The notes under the pieces are model-generated. The model did no database searches, was not told the origin of the DNA, and was given only the letters and a program-made list of their open reading frames with translations. Shown here one piece after another: positions 19,791-29,974 of a stretch of DNA of 64,000 bases. The stretch covers positions 39,745-103,744 of the forward strand of contig JBHLRS010000010.1 of the NCBI GenBank assembly GCA_048882325.1, given 5' to 3'. The DNA comes from Candidatus Thorarchaeota archaeon. GTDB lineage: Archaea; Asgardarchaeota; Thorarchaeia; Thorarchaeales; Thorarchaeaceae. Made by a program: the position numbers and the translations under genes. How positions within the stretch are numbered: position 1 is the stretch's first letter; each line of letters begins with the position of its first letter.

Positions 19791-20546
19791 TCAATGGGTT
19801 CTGATTTTTGAATAGAGCCTCAATGTGTTCTCAAGAGTTATCTCACGAACCTCCTCTTCATCTCTTCTCAACAATCGGGAGATTTCTCGAACAACAAGGG
19901 GTAAATTAGAAGGCACATTTCGTTCGCCCCTTTCAGGCGCAAGAACTGGACTGTCTGTTTCAATGAGAAGACGTTCAATAGCTACTGCTTTCACAAGTTT
20001 CTGTTTTTGGGGGGACCTAACCACTGATGTTGGGATTGAGAAATAGTATCCGAGGTCTCTTGAGGCAACTCGTGCTAGACTGGCTTTCCCATCGAATGCA
20101 TGTAGATGTACATCTCGGGCGTTGTTTTCTTCTAGTATTTCAAGAGCTTTCTTACCAGCAGAACGTGAGTGGACCTGGATTGGAATTTTCATAAGGTCTG
20201 CAAGACCAACCAGTTTCTCAAAACAAGCCCTCTGCTTCTTTCGCTCTTCATGATCCCTTACAAGATAGTGATCAAGGCCAGTTTCTCCGATTGATATGAA
20301 TCTGTCACTATTAGACTCAATCCAATCAATCGCTTGAGGACATATATCATATTGAGTGGGATTAAGCCCAACTGATGCGTATACATTTTTGTACTTCTCA
20401 GCAATCTTACATGCTTTGTTCCAAGATGCCTTTTCAATACCAGATGTTATAATAGAGATATCTAGTTCACGAGCGGTTTCAATAATAGAATCCCGGTCTG
20501 AGTCAAATTCCTTCGTTTCAAGGTGACAGTGCGAATCAACATATCG
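19791..20546 (-). CDS. tatD: TatD family deoxyribonuclease
   Basis: DSHCH, IGETGLD, HSR and ETDSP motifs; exact start uncertain (ORF track gives 20558). Confidence 0.88.
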   Translation of the reverse strand, partial: RYVDSHCHLETKEFDSDRDSIIETARELDISIITSGIEKASWNKACKIAEKYKNVYASVGLNPTQYDICPQAIDWIESNSDRFISIGETGLDHYLVRDHEERKKQRACFEKLVGLADLMKIPIQVHSRSAGKKALEILEENNARDVHLHAFDGKASLARVASRDLGYYFSIPTSVVRSPQKQKLVKAVAIERLLIETDSPVLAPERGERNVPSNLPLVVREISRLLRRDEEEVREITLENTLRLYSKIRTH

Positions 20547-20570
20547 TGGTTCGGTCACACCATGTCATCT

Positions 20571-22421
20571 CTATGACTTAATGTCAAACCAGTCAGGATA
20601 CTCTGGAACACCTCTAGTCCCAAAGTCATAGTTCCAGAAGACCATCTTGTTCTCACCTTGCTTTCTCTCAAACTCAGCCTCAACGAATAACCGTTCGACT
20701 GCCTCATTTCGGTCAGTCTTAATATACTTCCCAACAAGAGTGCTAGCACCCTGTTTCTTAGCTTCATTCATCAAATAGGTAAGGAATGTCTTCTCAACAG
20801 TTTTTCCCATTGCTCGACATGAGAAAGTGAGGACCTCCATATTCCACTTGCTATCTTGTTTGCGGACTAGTGACACTCCGATCAGGCCATACTCTCCATA
20901 CTTATCGTCAAGATTGACAACATAGATCTTATAGTCATCAGACTTGTAGAAGTCAAGAATCTGTTCCTTTGTATAGCGGATTGCCGTTGCATTCAACTGG
21001 TTGGTCCTTAGGATCAACTCAGTCACTCTACCCAGATTCTCTGGTTTCGCTTCGCGCATCCAGAGTTGCATGTTACACGCTCGTAGGAATGATTCTTTGT
21101 CGAAAAACTGTCTCTCTACACTATCTCTCATTGCCTGCTGAGCGTACATCATGACTCTCTTCGAACTTTCCTCTGTTATCTTGCCAACAGGTTCAAACTC
21201 TACTCTATTCAGAGCATGAAGAATCTCCGTGTCTGGCAGAACAAGTACCTCTGGCAAGAATGTCTTGATCTGGTCTCTTTCATACGGATTGTCATCAAAG
21301 AAAGCAATAGAGTCAATACCAATATTGAGTTCTTTGGCAATCTCTGCAAGGTTTTGCGCTTTGTCATTCCAATTTATCTTCTTAATGGCAAAGAGCTTGG
21401 AACTATCACCCAATATCTCATCCACTAAAGGAACCAATGTGCTGTCATTCTTGCTCGAGATTGCTAGGATAATTCCTCGTTTAGTAAGTAGCTCGAGTGC
21501 CTTCAAACGATTAGGGTGAAGATTAATCCCTTCGACACCATCATCTCTGAGAATCCCATCCCAAAGCGTATTATCAAGGTCTATCACTGCGCATTTGATG
21601 CGTCTTCCGTGTCCTGTGATTACCTTGAGATGGTTAATCAGGTCATGCGCAACGGTGACAGCCCCTTCTTGAGTAAGATGCTCATAAATGCCATCCGCAT
21701 CACTCTCTCGGATTTGATGGCCCACACCAGCAGATAGGAATGCTTCATCTATTGAGAGGACATAGATATCCTCTTCATTCTTACTCATCTCTAAGTACAT
21801 GAGGTCAAGATGTATGAGAAATTCTCGGAGACTGTAGGCATTGCTAAGATGCTTGTAGTCAAATCTTCCATGTGCTGGTCGGATTGTCAGGGGATAATTC
21901 ATCACAATGTAAACAGCTGAGAGCTTATCCCGAGCGACTTTAATTCCTTCTAGGATTCTATCCCTTGCTTGCATCAATTGCTCTTTTTGCCTAGTAAAAT
22001 CAGTTGCACCATGCTGAATATCAAAGATGTAGTTTCTAATGTCTTGGACATCACTCACAACAACGACACTTGGCGCAAATGAATAAAGTCCTCCCTTCTC
22101 GTCATTAAATGCCAGAAATGGATTTGATGGTTCACTATGATCAAATGTGTGATAGCATTGAGCACCGTTCGCCTCTAGGTACTCTTTCATGAATGATAAT
22201 TCACATCCCCCCACAAAGCCAATCTTTTGAGTAGAAAGGAACTCTCTGTCCGCCTCAGTTGCTTCAGCAGACATAGGAGGTCTAGCAGCTCTTCGTGTTT
22301 CCTCTGTGAGTCTTCGAATGATGTAGTTCCTATATTTCCTATCTCGGACTAGTCTTCTGACAATGTTCAGCATTCTCTGGACCTGCACATTCTTCACCAT
22401 TGTCTTGTCTAGTTCCACCAA
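20571..22421 (-). CDS. FkbH-like HAD-IIIC phosphatase/glyceryl transferase with C-terminal GNAT domain
   Basis: DLDNTLW, SSKN, KINWNDK, FFDDNPYE, RTNQLN, DKYGEYG, SCR. Confidence 0.9.
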   Translation of the reverse strand: MVELDKTMVKNVQVQRMLNIVRRLVRDRKYRNYIIRRLTEETRRAARPPMSAEATEADREFLSTQKIGFVGGCELSFMKEYLEANGAQCYHTFDHSEPSNPFLAFNDEKGGLYSFAPSVVVVSDVQDIRNYIFDIQHGATDFTRQKEQLMQARDRILEGIKVARDKLSAVYIVMNYPLTIRPAHGRFDYKHLSNAYSLREFLIHLDLMYLEMSKNEEDIYVLSIDEAFLSAGVGHQIRESDADGIYEHLTQEGAVTVAHDLINHLKVITGHGRRIKCAVIDLDNTLWDGILRDDGVEGINLHPNRLKALELLTKRGIILAISSKNDSTLVPLVDEILGDSSKLFAIKKINWNDKAQNLAEIAKELNIGIDSIAFFDDNPYERDQIKTFLPEVLVLPDTEILHALNRVEFEPVGKITEESSKRVMMYAQQAMRDSVERQFFDKESFLRACNMQLWMREAKPENLGRVTELILRTNQLNATAIRYTKEQILDFYKSDDYKIYVVNLDDKYGEYGLIGVSLVRKQDSKWNMEVLTFSCRAMGKTVEKTFLTYLMNEAKKQGASTLVGKYIKTDRNEAVERLFVEAEFERKQGENKMVFWNYDFGTRGVPEYPDWFDIKS

Positions 22422-23296
22422 TCAGGATGTATCAGAACCTGCACAATCTGACCTGGTTTAGCTTCATATATTCTGTCAAAGAGGTAATTACTGCCCAGTC
22501 TGCTTAAACGCTTCCCTCCTGCATCACTGAGGTACATATCATATTTCATGTCATATGCAGATGAAACCTTCAGAGCTATTTTGTCCACACTATCCCAGAT
22601 AGTTCGATTTTTGTAGTGTTTTTGACCATGTGCAGCTACTGCACTTACCGGAGCAATCTCACGTAGTTTTTCAATATCCGACTTGAGGAGCTCGATTGCC
22701 TCCTGTTTGTTTCCCTTAGCAACACTTAGCGTTTCATAATGCAGACCAATTCGAAAACCACTTTCCGCCAGATGAGCTACTATAGGCCGAGCTTCTTCGA
22801 AGCTATATTTCTCTGCATGAAGTCTAAAGAAGTAGGTCGAATGGATTCCATATTTCTTCTCAATCTCAGACATCTTCACAGTTCTTGATAACGAGATGTC
22901 AACATCATGACGTAAGCATACATTTACTCTCTCTGGGTCAATGTGTCCTTCAACATAATCATCAAGTGAGATAATCGAGAATGCTTCGGACTTCAGACCC
23001 TCGAGCAACTCCTTGAATCTAGCAAATGAATAATCGGACCACCATATCATTGAGTAAGGTATCAAAGGCAGAATGATTAGGAACCCAATAAATCTGAGCC
23101 ACATCGCTACCAGGAATTCAAACCAATTCCAAGTAGCATAAACCGCGATAAGGTATGATGCAACAATTAGAAACGGGTATAACCGAACCATGTCGAATAT
23201 CTGTGTAGCATAGCGGTATTGTTTCACAAGCGAGAAGATTACAAATCCAAATATCGCAATTGACAATCCCAGCAACAATACCTCAACAGGTTCCAT
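22409..23296 (-). CDS. Membrane-anchored polysaccharide deacetylase-like protein
   Basis: Three N-terminal TM helices; LRHDVD, GLHY, AHG, YLSD and HPDWW motifs. Confidence 0.75.
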   Translation of the reverse strand: MEPVEVLLLGLSIAIFGFVIFSLVKQYRYATQIFDMVRLYPFLIVASYLIAVYATWNWFEFLVAMWLRFIGFLIILPLIPYSMIWWSDYSFARFKELLEGLKSEAFSIISLDDYVEGHIDPERVNVCLRHDVDISLSRTVKMSEIEKKYGIHSTYFFRLHAEKYSFEEARPIVAHLAESGFRIGLHYETLSVAKGNKQEAIELLKSDIEKLREIAPVSAVAAHGQKHYKNRTIWDSVDKIALKVSSAYDMKYDMYLSDAGGKRLSRLGSNYLFDRIYEAKPGQIVQVLIHPDWWN

Positions 23297-23357
23297 TGTC
23301 CTGATTCCTTCCTAGCTGCTCACAAGTTTGACTTGATATAATCATTATGTCAAGACA

Positions 23358-24245
23358 CTAGTTGTACTCGTACCCCTTTAAAAACTGGAACTCTTTTACA
23401 CGCTCGAGGGTCTTCTTGATGAGATCATCATTCCATTCAGAGGTATCTCTTGTCGTCTTAGGTCTGTCAAAAAGAATGTCTGCACAGGCTTGTAGGTAGT
23501 CATCAGGTGCTTCGATACCAAGGAAATTGCAAACACTCTTCATTATTGTCTTTGAATCGTTGATAAGATCCTCAAGTTTGAATTCCAAGAAGAGAGTTGA
23601 ATCTATTTCCTTCTTCAACTTCTCAACCGTTTCACAAAGCGAGAAGTAGAAATCGATTGCTGTTGGTAGGTCAAGATTCTGTCTTTTACTGATTGTACTA
23701 ATATTGTCGAATGGGTTTCTGACTACGTGAATGATATAGACTGGCATATCAACCTCTTGTTCCAGAGCGTCAAGGAGGTTTGGAGAATCTTGCAAGCGTT
23801 GTGTACTCATCCCCCCCTTCTTATCCCCAATTACTATGAGTTCATGGTCATAGGTACCCTGCCATTGCCCCTTCACATCATATGCATATCCCGTCCAGGA
23901 TCTCCCTGTCTTCGAGAATTCATGGGAATTCCTTTGCATCATGTAAAAGAGACGCTCTTTGCTATAACCCCATTCCACAAAACCCAAGGCATCTAATTCA
24001 TGCGCAATGATCGCCTTCGGGTGTGCATCAATGAGAGACCCAACCAGACTGTGTCCGCTTCGGGGGTATCCAACAAACATGCAATACTTCTTCACTTGCC
24101 GATAGAGTTTCCTGTGTCTGAATCCACCAATCCTTGTGATGAATGATAGAAGGAACCGTCTTGCAAAGGTATACTTCGCAAGTCTGTTCAAAATACGAAG
24201 TCCAGTTCCTCTGACTCGTCTAGGAAAGAGAATCTCGTTCAGCAT
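23358..24245 (-). CDS. PAPS-dependent sulfotransferase (Sulfotransfer_3, TPST-like)
   Basis: 5'-PSB loop GYPRSGHS...DAHP; 3'-PB motif VRNPFDNIST. Confidence 0.9.
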   Translation of the reverse strand: MLNEILFPRRVRGTGLRILNRLAKYTFARRFLLSFITRIGGFRHRKLYRQVKKYCMFVGYPRSGHSLVGSLIDAHPKAIIAHELDALGFVEWGYSKERLFYMMQRNSHEFSKTGRSWTGYAYDVKGQWQGTYDHELIVIGDKKGGMSTQRLQDSPNLLDALEQEVDMPVYIIHVVRNPFDNISTISKRQNLDLPTAIDFYFSLCETVEKLKKEIDSTLFLEFKLEDLINDSKTIMKSVCNFLGIEAPDDYLQACADILFDRPKTTRDTSEWNDDLIKKTLERVKEFQFLKGYEYN

Positions 24246-24291
24246 CTTGGAATCGGGTCCGCATGGAATTCATGCACTAGTTAAACCTTAC

Positions 24292-25278
24292 CTAATCCTT
24301 CTCATACTCAAGCTGAATCAGCTTGTGTCTAAGAAGGATTTCAGCTTCCTTCTGCCGCTCTGGAGAAAGTCTAGTCTTCCATTTTCCTATCGAATCCGTG
24401 TTGATTGGTCTATGAACCCCCTCATGGTGCAGACGACCAGTGTCACCGAGAAGGCTTGCGACAACTTCTGGTTTCATCATCTCGTCATTATATGGAACAC
24501 CTAGGAACTTGCAGATTGACTTGATTGTTGGCTCAGGATCCGAAACCAGTGCCTCATACCTCACTTCTATATAATGGCTTTTTTGAATCTTCTGAGCGAA
24601 ATTTCGCGCGAGGTCAATGCTTTCACTCCAACGCTGACATGCCTCACCTAAGTCGGAGTAGATCCCGGATTTCAGATAGGACGACACAACATCCCGCCCA
24701 TCTCGAATCATATGGATGTAAAATGCATTTGGGAACACTTTATGTATCTCACTAAGGTGATAGGTGTTCAATGGAGTTTTATCTCCCCATCGAGAACCGC
24801 CTCCAAGATTCTCATCCCCGTAGGTGTGGTAGATGAGTTCTATAAGTGAAGCCAAGTTCCTCCTTTCATTTCCCAATGTCAGGGCCTTCTGATATAGAGG
24901 TGCTACGTTGAATTCCCAGGTTGGAAACTCTGGATGTGAGGCAAATTTTGAAATCACAAGTCGAGAAAGAATCCTCCATGGAATGAAGTTCATAATTCGA
25001 TATTCCTTGATTAGTGCTCCCAATACATAAGATTCGGGAGGAATGACGATATCCCCTTGAGCTACAAGAATTGCACGCATCAAAGTATTTCCTGATCTTC
25101 CAGATCCTATGATGAAGATTGGCGAAGATTTCAAACCTTTCGCTGATCTCAAGGGATGTCCCCTGAAGTTCTTGCCAAAGAGTGAGATCTTGTGCAGTAA
25201 AATCTTCATTCGTGAGGTCACTCGATTTATGTCCCCCTTGAAAACATTGCTCGAAAGGTGAGCATCTGAGAGAGCCAT
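24292..25278 (-). CDS. PAPS-dependent sulfotransferase (Sulfotransfer_3, TPST-like)
   Basis: GSGRSGNTLMRAIL, DKTP, IRDGRDVVSS, RYEALVSDP, SIGKW. Confidence 0.92.
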   Translation of the reverse strand: MALSDAHLSSNVFKGDINRVTSRMKILLHKISLFGKNFRGHPLRSAKGLKSSPIFIIGSGRSGNTLMRAILVAQGDIVIPPESYVLGALIKEYRIMNFIPWRILSRLVISKFASHPEFPTWEFNVAPLYQKALTLGNERRNLASLIELIYHTYGDENLGGGSRWGDKTPLNTYHLSEIHKVFPNAFYIHMIRDGRDVVSSYLKSGIYSDLGEACQRWSESIDLARNFAQKIQKSHYIEVRYEALVSDPEPTIKSICKFLGVPYNDEMMKPEVVASLLGDTGRLHHEGVHRPINTDSIGKWKTRLSPERQKEAEILLRHKLIQLEYEKD

Positions 25279-25384
25279 ATGGATGTTTCTATTTGATTAG
25301 GAATTGGTACTTGCCTTCAACCTACATAGGGTTTAAAACCAGTCCAAATCAATTCGCATCAACTCGCATGGAGACCGACCAAAA

Positions 25385-26428
25385 TTGAGTATCGCCAAGT
25401 GGATGATGAAGCAGTATTGGCGAATCGGAACCATTAGAGTCTGGATGAGTTTGAGTATGGGTATGCTCTCACTTGGAAAACTCTATTATCAAGACATCCC
25501 GCCTCTTGCTGACTTGGGATTTTTCGGAGCTTTGATTCTGGGTTCTATCTTGATTCTGGTCTTTATGGGAGTTGGTTGGCTTTATGATGAAAAGGCCAAA
25601 CTGTGGAAAGCCAAGCAACAGGTCAACATCGACAGATTCCCGTACCGATGTGTTCCCAATATTAGGGCTTTTTCAATGGACTATCCAATTCTCTTCGCTT
25701 TTCTCACAAGTCTGTTTAGAATATTCGATAAGTTGGGACTTGACACGGAACCTCTGAATGATCTTTCAGAGTATCTGACGAAGAACTACAGCTTCAGAGC
25801 TGAGAAGAGTGACATGGATGAGTCAAAGGATCTCGGAGACCAGTTCATGGAAAATCGGCCCTTCAGAACTGGAGGTGATCCTCCAGGAGGTCCAGTGAGT
25901 CTTACAGCAAGAGTTGCGCTTGGTTTTGAAACCCAAAGTCTTAGATTTGTCTGGATTCAAGAATTGACAGGAATGGCTCAGGATGCTTTGGTCATAACAG
26001 GTGTCTATGTAATTTTCCTGTTCCCTAATGTTGTCGTAGATGGAGTAGTACCCCTGAGTTATATGCTACTAGGAATACTCATTGTCGCATTTCCAGTTAT
26101 GTTTCTTATAGTGGGACTTGGCTGGTTCTATGACAGAAAGCTGAAGATTTGGTCTGTTGACAGGATAGTAAGAGTTGAAAGAACACCTTATAGCTATCTA
26201 GCTGAGCCAAACATCTACACTATTTTCATGCCATATTATATGACCCTCTTCAGGATACTTGGAGATGTGCAAAAGAAAGAAGGACTAGATACAACTGAGG
26301 TAGATAAAATCCTGACATTCCTTGATGCTTATTTCAAGTTTGATGTGGCCAAAACCAAGGATATGGAAAGGGCACGTCAACTGAGACGAGATTATGGGAC
26401 ACTTTTCGCAACAAAGGAGGCAAAATAG
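25385..26428 (+). CDS. Membrane protein with two internal repeats
   Basis: Two copies of TM-TM-GWxYD..W....(D/E)RxPY. Confidence 0.75.
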   Translation: MSIAKWMMKQYWRIGTIRVWMSLSMGMLSLGKLYYQDIPPLADLGFFGALILGSILILVFMGVGWLYDEKAKLWKAKQQVNIDRFPYRCVPNIRAFSMDYPILFAFLTSLFRIFDKLGLDTEPLNDLSEYLTKNYSFRAEKSDMDESKDLGDQFMENRPFRTGGDPPGGPVSLTARVALGFETQSLRFVWIQELTGMAQDALVITGVYVIFLFPNVVVDGVVPLSYMLLGILIVAFPVMFLIVGLGWFYDRKLKIWSVDRIVRVERTPYSYLAEPNIYTIFMPYYMTLFRILGDVQKKEGLDTTEVDKILTFLDAYFKFDVAKTKDMERARQLRRDYGTLFATKEAK

Positions 26429-26429
26429 A

Positions 26430-26948
26430 ATGAGAATTAGAAAGTGGATAATGAAACAGCAATGGAGAGTTCTTCAGATTCGAGGTATCTGGGGACTATT
26501 CTATGGTGTGTTGGTTCTCGCAGGACTTTATGTTGAGTATGTTCCATATTTCAACACACTGGGCGCTCTTGGTCCTCTCGCATTCGCAGGATTAATCCTC
26601 CTCATCTTTCTCATTCTTGGTTATATCTATGATCGGGTTCTAGTTATGTGGGCTGCATCTCAAGAGGTAACCATGGAGCGAAATCCCTTCATGTATGTGC
26701 CCAGTCCAAAGGACCACATCTTCTGGTTTCCAATCTATTCTGCAATGCTTGATGCTTTGGATGAATTAGCTGCAAAATATGGCTTGGATGCAAGTGAGAT
26801 TAAAGATACAAAGGAATACTACTCTGTACTGCAGAAATATCGTCCTGAGAGAAATCAAGATATTGATGATGCAATTGAACTAAGAGATGCATACCTCAAG
26901 AAGCATCCATTCATTAAGGATCCAACGAAAGAGTTTGAAGTCACCTGA
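26430..26948 (+). CDS. Single-repeat paralog of the upstream membrane protein
   Basis: KWIMKQQWR and GYIYDR..W....ERNPF; GGAGG SD before ATG 26430. Confidence 0.75.
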   Translation: MRIRKWIMKQQWRVLQIRGIWGLFYGVLVLAGLYVEYVPYFNTLGALGPLAFAGLILLIFLILGYIYDRVLVMWAASQEVTMERNPFMYVPSPKDHIFWFPIYSAMLDALDELAAKYGLDASEIKDTKEYYSVLQKYRPERNQDIDDAIELRDAYLKKHPFIKDPTKEFEVT

Positions 26949-26962
26949 GGTTCAACAAAACA

Positions 26963-27802
26963 ATGAATCAAGTAGCAGACCGTGAACTTTCCACGCTGAA
27001 GGCAATTGTAGTTTCGGGGGGACTCATACTCAACTCATACCGAGGAAAAGTCATTAATCAACCAAAGGAGTCAGATCTTCCTCGTGAACAGGTACAAGAG
27101 AGTTCCACAGCCCACACAATAGTGGATGATCTTGTTCAGGACGTTGCATTACAGATTCTACATTCAACGTTTCCTGATATCGCGGTGAATGCAGAAGAGG
27201 ATACCCCACGGGTCAAGCTATTCTCCTCTGACAGAACGGGCTTCTGCTTTCATTTGGACCCATTGGATGGAACTCTGGCTTATACACGTAATCGAGATGA
27301 CTTTGCCATTGGAGCAGCATTTTCAGATAATTTGACATTTGTTTCCAGTGCGATCTATTTCCCGGCACAAGACCGACTCTATTCTGCAAAACGGGGATTT
27401 GGAACGAATGTCGAGGATGGACTTGGTAACCCCTTGGTCTTCCTATCTGACAGCGACCCTGAACCTTATTTCACACAGAAGAGATGCGAGCGACTTTTGC
27501 CAATAATTGAGAAAATGAACTTGACCAAACTTGACATCATGAGTGCTCATCAGAGTATGATAGCTCTCGCTGAGAAACGGACCAAAATTCTTATGTATAG
27601 AATGGCAAGTCCACATGACTTTGGGATACCTCAAGTGATTCTAGAGGAGGCTGGAGGTATTTGTTCAGATCAATACGGAAACGAAATTACCTACTCTCCG
27701 AAATTTAACAGAATTCCCTGGTTCTTTGGCTTCGCGAATGTTGAAGTGAAGAAGTATTTCTTTGAACTCTTGGATGAAACAGATATTACTCTTGAGGAAT
27801 GA
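26963..27802 (+). CDS. Inositol monophosphatase family, probable PAP 3'-phosphatase (CysQ-like)
   Basis: AEE, DPLDGT and HD...ILEEAGG motifs; lies near two sulfotransferases. Confidence 0.8.
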   Translation: MNQVADRELSTLKAIVVSGGLILNSYRGKVINQPKESDLPREQVQESSTAHTIVDDLVQDVALQILHSTFPDIAVNAEEDTPRVKLFSSDRTGFCFHLDPLDGTLAYTRNRDDFAIGAAFSDNLTFVSSAIYFPAQDRLYSAKRGFGTNVEDGLGNPLVFLSDSDPEPYFTQKRCERLLPIIEKMNLTKLDIMSAHQSMIALAEKRTKILMYRMASPHDFGIPQVILEEAGGICSDQYGNEITYSPKFNRIPWFFGFANVEVKKYFFELLDETDITLEE

Positions 27803-27860
27803 CATCTTGCAAGCCCGAAAGGATTTTAACATCACCGAGTCCGTTGACCGCTTGATCTCC

Positions 27861-28967
27861 ATGGCTGAGTCAGGCATGTCGAACTCGTTGAAAGGATACA
27901 TTCGGAGGTTCCTTGCCCATCTGAGAAAAAGACTTCCAATCTATTTCATCCTGATGATTATCGTATTTGGTGTCCTCTTCGTGTTCAGAGATGATATCTA
28001 TGACACGTTCATCCGGCGACATGAAGAGAAGACGTTCTACTTCGATGAGCACGGTCTCCCCATGACAGACTATGGCTGGACTCAGGGGGTATATGTTGGC
28101 CCTCAGTTCAATCCACTTGTCATCGCTAGAGGAGCTCAAGTGTATTATGATCAGATGCTAGATGGAAACACCACAGCGGCGGGCTTTTTGAACTACACAT
28201 TGAACTGGCTTGTGGAAAATCGGGTGACGCAGACAATAGACAATGAGAGTGGACTTGTGACTGTTTCTCACTGGCTTTACAATTTTTCAATATATGACCA
28301 ACCTGCTGGTTGGTACTCTGCCATGGCAGAAGCGGAGATTGCTCATACCCTCGCACAAGCATACGACTATTCTGGAAATCCAATATATCTCCAGATTCTC
28401 AATGAAACACTAAATGGATTTGAAGTTTCGCAGGAGATAGGAGGTTCAATGTTAATAATCGATGAAGTGGGTAACTGGTATCCAGAGGTCATTGTTCCAT
28501 CGACTGTGGATCCAACTTATCCAAAAAGAAGAATTCTCAATGGATTCCTACTAGGACTTGAAGACCTGTATCTAGCAAATGAATACCTCAACCAGACTCG
28601 CATCAAGCGATTGTTCGACAATGGAATCAATTCTGCTCTCCAGACTTTGCATCTTTATGAGGCTCCAGAGAACTGGACATTCTATCAACTGAACCCAGTA
28701 AAGTACGCATCAGTTGGCTATCACCATGTTCACATCAGTATCACTGGAATTTTGTATAATATCACAGGAATCACTGAGTTTCAGACATATCACGAACGAT
28801 GGAAATCCTGGACGGTTGTTCCACCGCAAGCAGATGTTGACCTGACTGAACGGCGCCTGAAGGAGATTAGTTATGGACTGCTTTTCATGTCGATTGCAGC
28901 TGGAATGATTCTTCTTATTGACTTCATGCAGATGCAAGTCCGCACTCGTGTTACAAGCAATTCCTAA
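27861..28967 (+). CDS. D-glucuronyl C5-epimerase family protein anchored by N- and C-terminal TM helices
   Basis: WYSAMA, WYPE, ILNGF and YHHVHI motifs match the GLCE C-terminal domain; eight NxS/T sequons. Confidence 0.85.
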   Translation: MAESGMSNSLKGYIRRFLAHLRKRLPIYFILMIIVFGVLFVFRDDIYDTFIRRHEEKTFYFDEHGLPMTDYGWTQGVYVGPQFNPLVIARGAQVYYDQMLDGNTTAAGFLNYTLNWLVENRVTQTIDNESGLVTVSHWLYNFSIYDQPAGWYSAMAEAEIAHTLAQAYDYSGNPIYLQILNETLNGFEVSQEIGGSMLIIDEVGNWYPEVIVPSTVDPTYPKRRILNGFLLGLEDLYLANEYLNQTRIKRLFDNGINSALQTLHLYEAPENWTFYQLNPVKYASVGYHHVHISITGILYNITGITEFQTYHERWKSWTVVPPQADVDLTERRLKEISYGLLFMSIAAGMILLIDFMQMQVRTRVTSNS

Positions 28968-29959
28968 GAGGGTCTTGCGTAGTCATAGATTCGGTGTATC
29001 TTAGGTGAGTTTGCTTCCCACACATAAGTGGTGCGAGCGTGGTTCATGATTTTTGGTCCTGGTACATCTGACAAAGAGTGCACCAACTCTGGTAGCTCGT
29101 CATAAGTCTTGAATGGATGAACATAGGGATTGTCTGTTAATGACTCACCCAGCGTGTATGTTATCAACACTTGTAGACCTGCGTTAAGATATTCATAGTT
29201 CTTGTTCGGGTCACAATACTTGTGAAATGGATGCGGAAGCCATGGTGTGAGACCAACTTTGTATTTGGTCAGAGTATTCATCATCTCTCTATGAGAGATT
29301 CCTGTTAGAATGTCAAAATTCAGTATGTCTTGGAGTCCTGTCATGTCTCGATGTAGCGAAAAACGTGTGTTCTGGAAATCACTACCAATGTATACTGCTC
29401 CGACTCTCCTTTCCGGACTTGTCAATCCCTCCACCTCCGAACAGAGTGGATAATTGTGTGTCACTTCAACATGTGAAGCAATTTCTCGATGTTCCTTAGC
29501 GATATTCTCACTAACGGTAAGCACCGGATAGCTCTCCAATATACTCCTTTCCCATTTGGGTGTCACGCTGATCAGAGGTTTACCAGCCATGCGACGTAAA
29601 AACGGTCTAGTTTCAAATCGGAAATCTTGTTTGCTCCAATATTCGTGGTCGTCATAGATAACTGGATAGTCGGTATCCAGCATCATTGCTGCTGCAATCA
29701 GATTGTGCGCGTGCACCACGTCTGGTTTGATTGCATCAATCTGTTTGAGCCATCGTTTCCTAATTCTCGAGTCGTATACAATACGAAGGTGACTCCCGAA
29801 TGAAACATGAAATGCTTCTGAGAATGCGCTATGTGCCTGCCCTCTAATTGGTCCTCCTCCAAGAAACAACTGTTCATGACCTTTTTTTTTCATAGAGAGT
29901 GCTGTCTTCTCTATTCTGGAGTCTGGTAGACCACCGTGAGAGGTATGCAGGATTCTCAA
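28964..29959 (-). CDS. Glycosyltransferase, GT-B/GT4-like
   Basis: DSRIEK, VVHAHN, YDDHE, PNKNYEYLNAG. Confidence 0.8.
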   Translation of the reverse strand: MRILHTSHGGLPDSRIEKTALSMKKKGHEQLFLGGGPIRGQAHSAFSEAFHVSFGSHLRIVYDSRIRKRWLKQIDAIKPDVVHAHNLIAAAMMLDTDYPVIYDDHEYWSKQDFRFETRPFLRRMAGKPLISVTPKWERSILESYPVLTVSENIAKEHREIASHVEVTHNYPLCSEVEGLTSPERRVGAVYIGSDFQNTRFSLHRDMTGLQDILNFDILTGISHREMMNTLTKYKVGLTPWLPHPFHKYCDPNKNYEYLNAGLQVLITYTLGESLTDNPYVHPFKTYDELPELVHSLSDVPGPKIMNHARTTYVWEANSPKIHRIYDYARPS

Positions 29960-29974
29960 GATTTAATCTCCTTC

